From a bacterium (lineage in GTDB: Bacteria; SZUA-182; DTGQ01; JAFGSM01): a stretch of DNA of 35,713 bases. Shown here piece after piece: positions 1-8,983 of this stretch; position 1 is the stretch's first letter; every line of letters starts with the position of its first letter. A program made the translations under genes and the position numbers. Location: the NCBI GenBank assembly GCA_049472355.1, contig JBLIRP010000035.1, forward strand, positions 1 to 35,713. The letters run 5' to 3'. The notes under the pieces were generated by a model, which made no database searches, was not told the DNA's origin, and saw only the letters and a program-made list of their open reading frames with translations.

Positions 1-282
1 GAGGACGATAAACGAGATCTCCCGGGGGCCAAGGTCCTGCACCATCTTTTCACGAATGGAGGGGGTGAACTCCTCGAACGCCTTTTCCCATCGCTCGTCA
101 TCCGCCCTCAGGGTCAACTGGCCGGCCCTGAATCTCAGGGGCCTGACGCACCGGGCGATCCTCGGTCCCACCCATTCGCTCCACTTTGCATGGATGAGGT
201 GCTCCGTCCACCGGTCCTTGAATTCCGGGGCATGCATCAGTTTCCCGATGATCGATCCGGCGTGGTCCACGTCATGCATCAT
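1..282 (-). CDS. DciA/DUF721 family protein (replicative helicase loader-like), 3' end outside the window
   Basis: Not in the ORF track because it has no stop in the window. Manual translation from ATG at 282, which overlaps the asnS stop (ATGA): [69 protein letters not shown]... The W-x3-VG-x2-IA-x3-RP-x5-G-x-L pattern is typical of DUF721. Confidence 0.7.
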   Translation of the reverse strand, partial: MMHDVDHAGSIIGKLMHAPEFKDRWTEHLIHAKWSEWVGPRIARCVRPLRFRAGQLTLRADDERWEKAFEEFTPSIREKMVQDLGPREISFIVL

Positions 283-1628
283 GGGTAGATCTTATAGAGC
301 ATCCGCGGGAAGGGGATGGTCTCTCGAACGTGTTTGAGCCCGCAGATCCATGCAAGGGCACGCTCGATGCCCATGCCGAAGCCTGCATGAGGCACGCTCC
401 CGTAGCGCCTGAGGTCCAGATACCATTTGAAGGCATCCATGGGAAGGCCGTGGTGTTTGATCCGCGACTCCAGGATGCCCAGGTCCTCCTCACGCTGCCC
501 GCCCCCGATGATCTCACCGTATCCCTCGGGTGCCAGCACGTCCACGCACAGGGCGAGCCCCGGCTGCTGCGGGTCCTCTTTCATGTAGAAGGCCTTGCAT
601 TGAGCAGGATAGCGGTGGATAAGGAGGGGTTTTTCGAACATCCCGGAGATGATGGTCTCGTCGTCGCCTCCCAGATCATTCCCCCATTCCGGGGAGTGCC
701 CGGATTCCTTGAGCAGTGCGATTGCCTCGGTATAGCTCAGCCGGGGAAAGGGAGGGGTGATTTTGGTCAACGGTTCGATGTCCCTCTCCAGGATCTCCAG
801 GTCGCTTCGCCTGTTGGCGAGCACCTGATCCACGATCGTGCAGATGAACGCCTCTGCCAGGTTGCAGATCTCCTCCAGGTCCGCATAGGCTACCTCCGGC
901 TCGATCATCCAGAATTCGGTGAGGTGCCTCCTGGTCTTCGACTTTTCCGCCCTGAAGGTGGGGCCGAAGCAGTATACCTTGCCGAAGGCCATGGCCCCCG
1001 CCTCCATGTAAAGCTGGCCGCTCTGGGTGAGGTATGCCGTATCCCCGAAGTAGTCCGTGGCAAAGAGGGTGGTCGTCCCTTCACACGCGGAGGGGGTGAA
1101 GATGGGTGCGTCGAGAAGGGTGAAATCGCGTTCGTCGAAGAATCTCCTGCACGCCTTGATGATCTCGTGACGTATGCGCATGATGGCATGCTGGCGGCTC
1201 GACCGCAGCCAGAGGTGACGATGCTCCATCAGGAATCCCACACCGTGCTCCTTGGGGGAAATGGGGAAATCCTCCACGAACTGGTGTACCTCCAGCCCGG
1301 TTACGCCCAATTCGAAACCGAGGGGGGAACGTTTGTCCCTTCTCACCTGGCCGGTCACGGTAAGGGAGGATTCCTGACCAGCCCTGTCGGCGAGCTCGAA
1401 CACGCCTTCAGGCACCTCGGGCTTGAACACCACGCACTGGATGGTCCCTGTGCCGTCCCGTACCTGGAGAAAGATGAGCTTCCCGCTGCTGCGCTTATTG
1501 TAGAGCCATCCCCTGAGGGTTACGGATTTTCCTTCATAGCGTGCGATCTGCTGGATATATGTGCACGGCGGTGTGGGGCATGAAGAAGGTTCTTTCTTCT
1601 CGTTGCATGGTTTCCGTTCATCGTCCAT
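279..1628 (-). CDS. asnS: asparagine--tRNA ligase
   Basis: N-terminal OB-fold ([24 protein letters not shown]) and class II motifs [44 protein letters not shown] and [11 protein letters not shown]. Confidence 0.96.
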   Translation of the reverse strand: MDDERKPCNEKKEPSSCPTPPCTYIQQIARYEGKSVTLRGWLYNKRSSGKLIFLQVRDGTGTIQCVVFKPEVPEGVFELADRAGQESSLTVTGQVRRDKRSPLGFELGVTGLEVHQFVEDFPISPKEHGVGFLMEHRHLWLRSSRQHAIMRIRHEIIKACRRFFDERDFTLLDAPIFTPSACEGTTTLFATDYFGDTAYLTQSGQLYMEAGAMAFGKVYCFGPTFRAEKSKTRRHLTEFWMIEPEVAYADLEEICNLAEAFICTIVDQVLANRRSDLEILERDIEPLTKITPPFPRLSYTEAIALLKESGHSPEWGNDLGGDDETIISGMFEKPLLIHRYPAQCKAFYMKEDPQQPGLALCVDVLAPEGYGEIIGGGQREEDLGILESRIKHHGLPMDAFKWYLDLRRYGSVPHAGFGMGIERALAWICGLKHVRETIPFPRMLYKIYP

Positions 1629-1809
1629 GACAGGCTCCTCCGTTTAGGTAGCATGATTGCGGATACTCACATGAAACATGCGCTGGTCAGGTCCGCCTCC
1701 ATTGTATCAACTCGTTCCGGCGCTATCAACTTTACGCGGGATTCCATGGACCCGTATCGGTCAGTGCCCTGAAGGCTTGCTATGACCTATCCGGATGGCG
1801 TATTCAAGG

Positions 1810-1838
1810 TTGACTTACCATCGCCATAGGTGTAAATT
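1810..1838 (+). promoter_or_regulatory. putative sigma70 promoter for the REC-HisKA gene
   Basis: TTGACT (1810-1815), 17-bp spacer, TAAATT (1833-1838). Confidence 0.5.
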
Positions 1839-2150
1839 TATTCAATAGAATGCAGTTTTTTTTATATGACGGTGCATCATTGGTCGTGCTCTCCTTGAAG
1901 GGTATCCAACACAACACGATACTGCAGGGGACCGAATCGCTCTATGCCGCCGAGCTTGCCGTTATGTCCGCAGAGAGGGTCCTCATAACGCCCCCCGCAG
2001 GCATGTTTCCATTGAACAGCGTGTAACGCTTGATGCGGTCATAGGGCTTATGCGATCGATTGCCGCATGCGCTTCGGGTGTAAATCGGGTGTGGATGTGG
2101 TATTCGATATAAGGGGAGCGACAAGGGAGCCGGTAGTGGAGGAACAGTGC

Positions 2151-2876
2151 ATGATGCCTCTGAAGACTGATCTCGAGAGAAAAAACAGGACAATCATGGT
2201 GGTGGACGACAACCGGGACATGCTCCACCTGTTTACCAAGATCCTGGCGTCACATGGATACAGCGTGATTGCCGCGGAGAGCGGCAACGAGGCACTCGGT
2301 ATGGCCTACAAAAATCCCCCTGACCTCATCCTGCTTGACCTTGCCATGCCCAGAATGGATGGCTATGCCGTATGCAGGAAATTAAAGGAATCGAATAAGA
2401 CCGGCATGATTCCCGTGATCATGGTGACATGCAGGAGCACCATGAAGGACAAGATCCAGGGTCTGGAGACCGGTGCGGACGACTATATTACCAAGCCGAT
2501 ACACTATGTCGAGCTGCTGGCCAGGGTCGAATCGCTCATGAAGATCAAGGAGCTCCATGAAAGGCTCATCGAGACCCAGAAATTGGAGATGCTTGCCCAG
2601 ATAGCGGTGAGCGTCAACCATGAGATCAATAATCCCCTGTGCGCCATCACGGCGAATGCGGAGATGCTCCGCATGACCCTGGAGGACCCGGATGAGGCGG
2701 CCCTCCAGAAGATCACCACCATCCTCAAGGAGGTGGAGCGCATCAAGCAGGTGGTCAATAAGCTTTCCCGCGCCACCAGGGTGATCAGCATGGACTACAT
2801 TTCGGGCATCAAGATGATCGACCTGGACAAGTCCGCCCAAGGCGTTGCGAAATCCAAGACGGAGAATGCATATTGA
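2151..2876 (+). CDS. response regulator receiver domain fused to a HisKA (DHp) domain, no HATPase domain
   Basis: REC motifs IMVVDD, PDLILLDLAMPRMDG, IPVIMVT and GADDYITKP, then the H-box HEINNPL; the protein ends about 70 aa later. Start moved to ATG 2151 because GGAGG lies upstream (ORF track start 2067). Confidence 0.85.
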   Translation: MMPLKTDLERKNRTIMVVDDNRDMLHLFTKILASHGYSVIAAESGNEALGMAYKNPPDLILLDLAMPRMDGYAVCRKLKESNKTGMIPVIMVTCRSTMKDKIQGLETGADDYITKPIHYVELLARVESLMKIKELHERLIETQKLEMLAQIAVSVNHEINNPLCAITANAEMLRMTLEDPDEAALQKITTILKEVERIKQVVNKLSRATRVISMDYISGIKMIDLDKSAQGVAKSKTENAY

Positions 2877-2901
2877 CAAAGGGGAAAGTTTTTACTAATA
2901 T
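2873..2901 (+). promoter_or_regulatory. putative sigma70 promoter of the ffh operon
   Basis: TTGACA (2873-2878, overlapping the upstream stop codon), 17-bp spacer, TAATAT (2896-2901), followed by a very AT-rich tract. Confidence 0.65.
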
Positions 2902-3141
2902 GTATAATTTAATTATTAGGAATACTCGATTTTATTTAAATATATTAAATATTAAGTCCCAAAATATATACTACCTAATAACTGCTCACCACCCTGTGGG
3001 AAATAGGGCATCATCCTTCCCGCGTGATATTGAGCAATTACACTACTGGGAATACGGCAGGCACAGCGGGACATGCTCAACAGTGTCTGACGGAAATGAA
3101 ACGTCAAAAATGCACAGGGACATAGGGAATACACGACAGGG

Positions 3142-4491
3142 ATGTTTGATGCACTCTCAGGCAGACTCCAGGAGATTTTAAGGAAACTCCGGGGACAGGG
3201 TAAACTCACCGAGAGCAATATCGCCGACGCACTCAGGGAGGTCCGCCTCGCCCTCCTGGAGGCCGATGTGAACTACCGGGTGGTGAAGGCCCTCATCGAG
3301 AGGATCAGGGAGAAGGCGGTCGGCGAGCAGGTGCTCAAGAGCCTCACCCCGGGTCAGCAGGTGATCAAGATCGTCCATCAGGAACTGACCGCGTTGATGG
3401 GAGGTCACCAGAGCAGCCTCACCATGCCCCCCAATCCGCCCATGGTCATTATGATGGTGGGGCTGAATGGATCGGGCAAGACGACCACTGCGGGAAAGCT
3501 TGCCCGGATGTTCAAGAAGGAGGGGCATACCCCGCTTCTGGTCGCAGCCGATGTCCAGAGGCCGGCTGCGCGGGAGCAACTGAAGTTCCTGTGTGACACC
3601 CTGTCCGTGGATTGTTTTGTGGACCAGGAGGCAACGAGCGCGGAGAAGGTGTGCAGGGAGGCGTACCGGCACTCCTCTAAAAACGGGTTCACCCCGGTGA
3701 TCATCGATACCGCGGGACGCCTTCATGTGGATGACGATCTCATGGATGAGCTGGTGAGGATCAAAAAGACGGTGCTCCCCCATGAGGTCATCCTGGTGGC
3801 GGATGCCATGACCGGCCAGGATGCGGTGACCATGGCCCAGGAGTTCGATCAGAGGGTCGGGGTCGACAGCGTGATCCTCACCAAGATGGACGGCGATGCC
3901 CGGGGCGGTGCGGCCCTTTCCATACGCGAGGTCACCGGAAAACCCATTACCTTTATCGGGACCGGGGAAAAGCTGGACCTGTTGGAACCCTTTTTCCCCG
4001 ACCGTATGGCCTCCCGGATACTGGGTATGGGAGACGTGCTCACCCTCATCGACAAGGCACAGGAGGCATACTCCCAGGAGGAGGCCCTGGCCCTGGAGGA
4101 GAAGCTCCAACGGGACGCATACACGCTCGAGGATTTCCGGCAGCAACTCAGGCAGATCAAGTCGATGGGGCCATTGGATCAGCTCGTCAAGATGATCCCG
4201 GGTGCAAAGAAGATGGGGTTAGAGGGAATGGATATGGATGAATCAAGGTTTGTTCACCTGGAGGCGATCATCGACTCAATGACCCCGCAGGAGAGGCGTA
4301 ATTACCAGATCATAAATGCCGGCAGGAAGAGGAGAATTGCATTAGGGAGTGGCACCTCCGTCCAGGAGGTGAGCCGTCTCCTCAACCAGTTCCATTTGAT
4401 GAGGAAGAACATCAAGAAGATGAGGAGGATGGGACTTGGATGGGGAGGAGGAGTTATGGGTAAAGGTATGCACATGTTTAAAAGGAGGTGA
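3142..4491 (+). CDS. ffh: signal recognition particle protein Ffh
   Basis: ALLEADVN, P-loop GLNGSGKTTT, DTAGRLH, TKMDGDARGGAALS, RILGMGD, and M-domain IIDSMTPQER. Confidence 0.98.
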   Translation: MFDALSGRLQEILRKLRGQGKLTESNIADALREVRLALLEADVNYRVVKALIERIREKAVGEQVLKSLTPGQQVIKIVHQELTALMGGHQSSLTMPPNPPMVIMMVGLNGSGKTTTAGKLARMFKKEGHTPLLVAADVQRPAAREQLKFLCDTLSVDCFVDQEATSAEKVCREAYRHSSKNGFTPVIIDTAGRLHVDDDLMDELVRIKKTVLPHEVILVADAMTGQDAVTMAQEFDQRVGVDSVILTKMDGDARGGAALSIREVTGKPITFIGTGEKLDLLEPFFPDRMASRILGMGDVLTLIDKAQEAYSQEEALALEEKLQRDAYTLEDFRQQLRQIKSMGPLDQLVKMIPGAKKMGLEGMDMDESRFVHLEAIIDSMTPQERRNYQIINAGRKRRIALGSGTSVQEVSRLLNQFHLMRKNIKKMRRMGLGWGGGVMGKGMHMFKRR

Positions 4492-4498
4492 GAACTGT

Positions 4499-4756
4499 TT
4501 GCCTGTCAGAATGAGATTGACCCGTTTGGGTACCAACAAGAGACCGTTTTATCGGATTATTGTCGTTAAGTCCGAAGGGAAGAGGGACGGTAAGTACATT
4601 GAACAGGTTGGCTATTATGACCCGCTCAAGGATCCTGCCGAGATAAAGGTGGACCTGGAAAAGGCGAAATCGTGGCTTGAAAAGGGAGTCATCCCCTCGG
4701 AAACGGTGAGGAATCTCCTTCAAAAAGCCGGATTGGCGGTCTCTGCATCCCAGTGA
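4499..4756 (+). CDS. rpsP: 30S ribosomal protein S16
   Basis: TTG start after AGGAGG; (M)[22 protein letters not shown]...[14 protein letters not shown]. Confidence 0.96.
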   Translation: MPVRMRLTRLGTNKRPFYRIIVVKSEGKRDGKYIEQVGYYDPLKDPAEIKVDLEKAKSWLEKGVIPSETVRNLLQKAGLAVSASQ

Positions 4757-4823
4757 TGTGACCAGGTTGAAGATTCCGATTCCTTCTATGCGTATCATAA
4801 ACCAGTTAGGAGGAGTGGTGGGT

Positions 4824-5054
4824 ATGAGAGAACTAATTGAACTCATTGCAAAGGCGCTTGTGGATTATCCCGATGAGGTTGCGGTGGCCGAGGTTGATGG
4901 GGAACGGACCACGGTGTTGGAATTGCGGGTAGCCAAATCGGATTTGGGAAAGGTGATCGGCAAACAAGGGCAAACAGCGCGGGCCATGCGAACCATTTTG
5001 AGCGCTGCCGCAACGAAGATAGGGAAGAGGGCGGTCCTGGAAATCCTCGAATAG
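4824..5054 (+). CDS. khpA: KH-domain RNA-binding protein (KhpA/YlqC family)
   Basis: [14 protein letters not shown]...[20 protein letters not shown] contains the GxxG loop; canonical position after rpsP. Confidence 0.93.
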   Translation: MRELIELIAKALVDYPDEVAVAEVDGERTTVLELRVAKSDLGKVIGKQGQTARAMRTILSAAATKIGKRAVLEILE

Positions 5055-5225
5055 GAAGCCTTTTTATTTCAGCAGCGGAGCATATCCCCGGAGAATACTC
5101 GCAGAGTGGGGATAGGGTGAGATGTCCTGGAAGGGTTTTATTGGTGGGGATATCCCTGTCAATTGCACCGAATGAGACGAAGGTGCGCGCCATACGAATA
5201 CATGAGGCATGGACCGGATGACGTG

Positions 5226-5738
5226 ATGCGGGAGGCTGTGGAGCTTATAGCCATCGGTCGCGTGGTGAGACCTCATGGGATCGACGGAACATTGAAGGTC
5301 GTTCCCGTAACCGATTTCCCCCAGCATTTTGAATGCATCGAGGAGGTGTTTCTGGTCAAGGACCGCACCGCACGGACCACCGTGCGGGGGGCGCGGTTTC
5401 ACCAGGGACATGTCCTTCTCAAGGTGGACCTCTGCCGCAGCCGGACTGATGCGGAGGCATGGATAGGTGCCGAGGTGGCAATCAGTGAAAGGGACCTGTG
5501 GCCTCTTGAGGAGGGGGCATACTATCATTTTCAGATTGAAGGGCTGGAAGTTTTCACCGATGAAGGGAAATTGCTGGGCAGGGTGAGCGGCATCATAAAA
5601 ACCGGAAGCAACGATGTCTATGTGGTTCGAGAGGGAGCAAGGGAATGCCTCATTCCTGCGATACAGGAGGTCATCCGGTCTATCGACCTGAAAAAGGGGA
5701 GGATCATTGTTCACCTCCTGGAGGGTTTGGTTGACTGA
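5226..5738 (+). CDS. rimM: ribosome maturation factor RimM
   Basis: IGRVVRPHGIDGTLKV, YYHFQIEGLEV, TGSNDVYVV and LIPAI motifs; synteny. The exact start is uncertain. Confidence 0.93.
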   Translation: MREAVELIAIGRVVRPHGIDGTLKVVPVTDFPQHFECIEEVFLVKDRTARTTVRGARFHQGHVLLKVDLCRSRTDAEAWIGAEVAISERDLWPLEEGAYYHFQIEGLEVFTDEGKLLGRVSGIIKTGSNDVYVVREGARECLIPAIQEVIRSIDLKKGRIIVHLLEGLVD

Positions 5739-5741
5739 GCC

Positions 5742-6515
5742 ATGAGATTCGATATCGTGACGATTTTCCCCGATCTTTTTCCCTCTTTTCTATCATATGG
5801 GATCATGAAGAGGGCACGGGAGAAGGGGCTGGTCAGCGTCCAGGTCCATGACCTGCGGGAATACACCACGGATCGTCACCGGAGTGTCGACGACGTACCC
5901 TATGGGGGCGGCGTCGGGATGGTCATGAAGGTGGAGCCGATTCACCGGGCGGTAACCGCTCTCTGCCGCAACGTGACCTCTGTGAAACGGGTCCTCCTTT
6001 CCCCCCGGGGAAGGGTGCTCGATCAGTGCATGGCGCGCTGTCTGGCCTCCGAAGAGGCCATATTGCTTCTGTGCGGCAGGTACGAGGGGGTTGATGAACG
6101 GGTGAGGGAGCACCTGGTGGACGAGGAGATATCCATCGGGGATTACGTGCTGATGGGAGGAGAAATACCGGCAATGGTGCTCATGGAGGCGGTGGTCAGG
6201 CTTATCCCTGATGTCCTGGGCAGCAGGGAGTCCCTGGACGAGGAATCCTTCAGCCGGAGATTGCTGGAGTATCCTCATTATACGAGGCCGTCGAACTACC
6301 AGGGCTGGCAGGTGCCCGAGACACTCCTGTCCGGTAACCATGAGCATATCCGCGAATGGCGATGGAGACAATCCCTGGTGAAAACAGCCCGGGGAAGGCC
6401 CGACCTGATCGATTGGAACGGTCTCTCGCCCCGTGAACGCGAGTGGCTGGTCAATGAAGGGGTGTGCATTCCGGAGCCGCCGCTGGAAGGCAAAACAGGG
6501 GAGGGTTATGATTGA
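5742..6515 (+). CDS. trmD: tRNA (guanine37-N1)-methyltransferase
   Basis: VDDVPYGGGVGMVMK, CGRYEGVDERV, SIGDYVLMGGE and LEYPHYTRP. Confidence 0.97.
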   Translation: MRFDIVTIFPDLFPSFLSYGIMKRAREKGLVSVQVHDLREYTTDRHRSVDDVPYGGGVGMVMKVEPIHRAVTALCRNVTSVKRVLLSPRGRVLDQCMARCLASEEAILLLCGRYEGVDERVREHLVDEEISIGDYVLMGGEIPAMVLMEAVVRLIPDVLGSRESLDEESFSRRLLEYPHYTRPSNYQGWQVPETLLSGNHEHIREWRWRQSLVKTARGRPDLIDWNGLSPREREWLVNEGVCIPEPPLEGKTGEGYD

Positions 6516-7084
6516 GGGTATACTGCGGCCTGATTCACTACCCTGTTTACAACAAGAACAAGGAGGTTATTGCAACATCCATAACCACGTCGAACATCCA
6601 TGACATTGCCAGGACCGCAAGGACGTTCTGCCTGAAGGCGTTCTTTATCATAACCCCGGTGTCCAGGCAGCAGGCACTGATCCGAACCATTATCCGCCAC
6701 TGGAAAAGCGGATACGGTGCCACCTACAATCCGACCCGGGGCATTGCCCTCGACGTTATCCGGATATGCCCGTCACTTGATGAATGCCTGAAGGGGATCG
6801 AGGAGGAGGACGGGGAGCGGCCGCGCATCGTGGTAACCTGTGCGCGTCCCGCCCCGGAGGTGACCGGATTCGAACATCTCAGGCAGAGGATGTCGACCGG
6901 CTCGGATGCCTGGCTGATCCTCTTCGGGACCGGCTGGGGACTGACCCGGGAGGTACTCGACATGGCGGACGTGGTCGTTGAGCCCATCCGCGGGCCGGGT
7001 GATTACAATCACCTGTCGGTGCGGGCTGCCGTGGCCATCACCCTGGACCGGCTTTTGGGGGTCCGTGTGGCATCGGTGGGGTAG
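6512..7084 (+). CDS. SPOUT-class RNA methyltransferase (TrmD-associated, DUF2168-like)
   Basis: [29 protein letters not shown] and [20 protein letters not shown] start overlaps the trmD stop. Confidence 0.88.
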   Translation: MRVYCGLIHYPVYNKNKEVIATSITTSNIHDIARTARTFCLKAFFIITPVSRQQALIRTIIRHWKSGYGATYNPTRGIALDVIRICPSLDECLKGIEEEDGERPRIVVTCARPAPEVTGFEHLRQRMSTGSDAWLILFGTGWGLTREVLDMADVVVEPIRGPGDYNHLSVRAAVAITLDRLLGVRVASVG

Positions 7085-7152
7085 GGGGACAACGGAGGAA
7101 TACGGAACAAGCGCAACCAATGAATGACCTTAATGCAGGGAGGAGTTCAGCC

Positions 7153-7503
7153 ATGGACTTATTGGAGGCAGTTGAACAGGATCAGATGAAGACGGAGATC
7201 CCCGATTTCAAGCCCGGAGATACCGTGAAGGTGCACGTAAAGCTGATTGAAGGTGAAAGACGGAGGATCCAGGTGTTTGAAGGCGTGGTGATCAGCCTGC
7301 GCAAGGGGAAGGCGCGGAGCACGTTCACCGTGCGGAAGATATCCTATGGGGTCGGCGTGGAGAGGATTTTCCCCCTTCACTCAAAAAATATCGAAAAGAT
7401 CGAGGTCGTCCGGCGCGGACGGGTGCGCAGGGCAAAGCTCTTCTACCTCAGGGGCCGGGTGGGCAAAAAGGCGCGGATCAAGGAATTGAGCAGAACAACC
7501 TGA
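7153..7503 (+). CDS. rplS: 50S ribosomal protein L19
   Basis: [42 protein letters not shown] and [14 protein letters not shown] lies upstream of ATG 7153. Confidence 0.97.
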   Translation: MDLLEAVEQDQMKTEIPDFKPGDTVKVHVKLIEGERRRIQVFEGVVISLRKGKARSTFTVRKISYGVGVERIFPLHSKNIEKIEVVRRGRVRRAKLFYLRGRVGKKARIKELSRTT

Positions 7504-7551
7504 GGGTGATGCAGCATATCCGCAACCATCATGTGAAAGGGCGCATACTCG

Positions 7552-8196
7552 ATGGATATTCCCACAATCTCACAACGTTTGTTCGCATTCGAACGAAGTC
7601 TGGTTACCCCTGGAACAGGATTGATTGCCGGCATCGACGAGGCGGGACGTGGCCCTCTCGCCGGGCCCGTGGTGGCCGCTGCAGTGATACTCCCTTTGCA
7701 TACCCCGATCGAAGGGGTGTTTGATTCCAAGGCCCTTAGCCCCCTCGAGCGGGAACGGATTTTTGTGGAGATCGTGAAGCGGGCCCTCGATATCGGGGTA
7801 GGCATGGCGGACCGGGAATGTATTGACCGCGAGAATATCCTCCAGGCAACGATTCTTGCCATGCGCCAGGCATTGGAAAGGCTTCTGGTTCGGCCTGAAT
7901 ACATTCTCATCGACGCCCTGACCATTCCCGGTCTCCATGACATCCCCCAACAGGGTATCATCAAAGGGGACCAGCGGTGCTATTCCATCGCAGCGGCCTC
8001 GATAGTGGCAAAGGTCCTGCGGGATCGAATGATGCACCGGTATCACCACAGATACCCCGACTACAACTTTGCCGGCAACAAGGGATACGGGACCAGGGAG
8101 CACATCGAGACCCTCGTCAGGATAGGGCCTTGTCCCCTTCATCGCCGCACGTTCAGGAAGGTGAAGGAACTGTGCCGGGAAACAACGCCTCCTTAG
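7552..8196 (+). CDS. rnhB: ribonuclease HII
   Basis: AGIDEAGRGPLAGPVVAAAV, DSK, IKGD, SIAAASIVAKV.RD and NKGYGT. Confidence 0.96.
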   Translation: MDIPTISQRLFAFERSLVTPGTGLIAGIDEAGRGPLAGPVVAAAVILPLHTPIEGVFDSKALSPLERERIFVEIVKRALDIGVGMADRECIDRENILQATILAMRQALERLLVRPEYILIDALTIPGLHDIPQQGIIKGDQRCYSIAAASIVAKVLRDRMMHRYHHRYPDYNFAGNKGYGTREHIETLVRIGPCPLHRRTFRKVKELCRETTPP

Positions 8197-8546
8197 GAAA
8201 AATGGGCGAGCAACTGGCGCTCGCCCATTTGATCGCCTTGGGATACACCATTGAAGACAGGAACTACCGGTGCCCCTTCGGGGAAGTCGACATTATTGCC
8301 CGGGATAAGGAAATTTTGGTCTTTGTCGAGGTCAAAACCCGGATCAGCGGGCGCTTCGGGTCACCCCAGGAGGCCGTCGACCTTCGCAAACAGCGGCGCC
8401 TCTCCCGCATTGCCTTGCACTATTTGGCATGTGCACATACCAGGGGGAATCAGGATGCCTGCCGCTTTGACGTGGTCAGCGTGATGCGGACCCACGGCGA
8501 GGAATGGTCCATTGAGGTGATCAAGGACGCCTTTTCCCTCCTTTGA
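8172..8546 (+). CDS. yraN: YraN family (UPF0102) predicted endonuclease
   Basis: LGKMGEQLA, RNYRCPFGEVDIIA, LVFVEVKTR and CRFDVV. Start is GTG 8172 or ATG 8202. Confidence 0.9.
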   Translation: MPGNNASLGKMGEQLALAHLIALGYTIEDRNYRCPFGEVDIIARDKEILVFVEVKTRISGRFGSPQEAVDLRKQRRLSRIALHYLACAHTRGNQDACRFDVVSVMRTHGEEWSIEVIKDAFSLL

Positions 8547-8717
8547 AAACCGCGTTTTTTGGAAGGCCGCAGAGACGATAGGAAATTTATTTCCGTTTTC
8601 ATGGAAAGGCATTCAGCACAGCGAATATGCATTTTCCTTCACTATCCTTCCCTGTGCAAGACTCGTTTTTGCTGTATTGACGGGTATTTCGAGGGAGGGT
8701 GTGCGGATGACGGTAAT

Positions 8718-8746
8718 TTGACATCATATCTGCAATTCAATAGAAT
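8718..8746 (+). promoter_or_regulatory. near-consensus sigma70 promoter of the surface-protein operon
   Basis: TTGACA (8718-8723), 17-bp spacer, TAGAAT (8741-8746). Confidence 0.7.
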
Positions 8747-8983
8747 GAACGTAATTTTTTTGCTGAAAAAACAAGATCATTCCAATGCCTTTGCCTTAAC
8801 GGCCCGTACATCGGCTCGATTCCGTAAGGCCCCTCCTGAGGTCTCATCTATGTTGGTGAAGGGGCTGGGAGGAATACTTCTTGCATCCGTTTCTCAGGAA
8901 TACTTCGGGAGGAGAAGGCAAGGCAGGATGCTCGGATTTTTCAAAGTTGTCCTGATTTAACTCAAGAAGAGGAGAGAGGAGCA

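Noticed and set aside
279..1628. Functional link between asnS and the DPN-rich proteins
   Set aside because: asnS is an ordinary housekeeping gene, separated from them by the ffh operon; proximity is the only evidence.
1922..2000. Stems CGTTATG/CATAACG and CTGCAGGGG/CCCCGCAG in the REC-HisKA leader
   Set aside because: The stems are short, lie in GC-rich DNA and match no known RNA motif; they cannot be distinguished from chance by eye.
2873..3181. 102-aa ORF between the REC-HisKA gene and ffh
   Set aside because: It runs through the AT-rich ffh promoter, has no recognisable motif and lacks a clear RBS.
5082..5113. TATCCCC/GGGGATA hairpin between khpA and rimM
   Set aside because: It has no U-tract and is at most an ordinary intra-operon stabilising hairpin.
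8559..8960. 133-aa ORF upstream of the surface operon
   Set aside because: It spans the promoter and leader, and shows no RBS or protein-like motifs.
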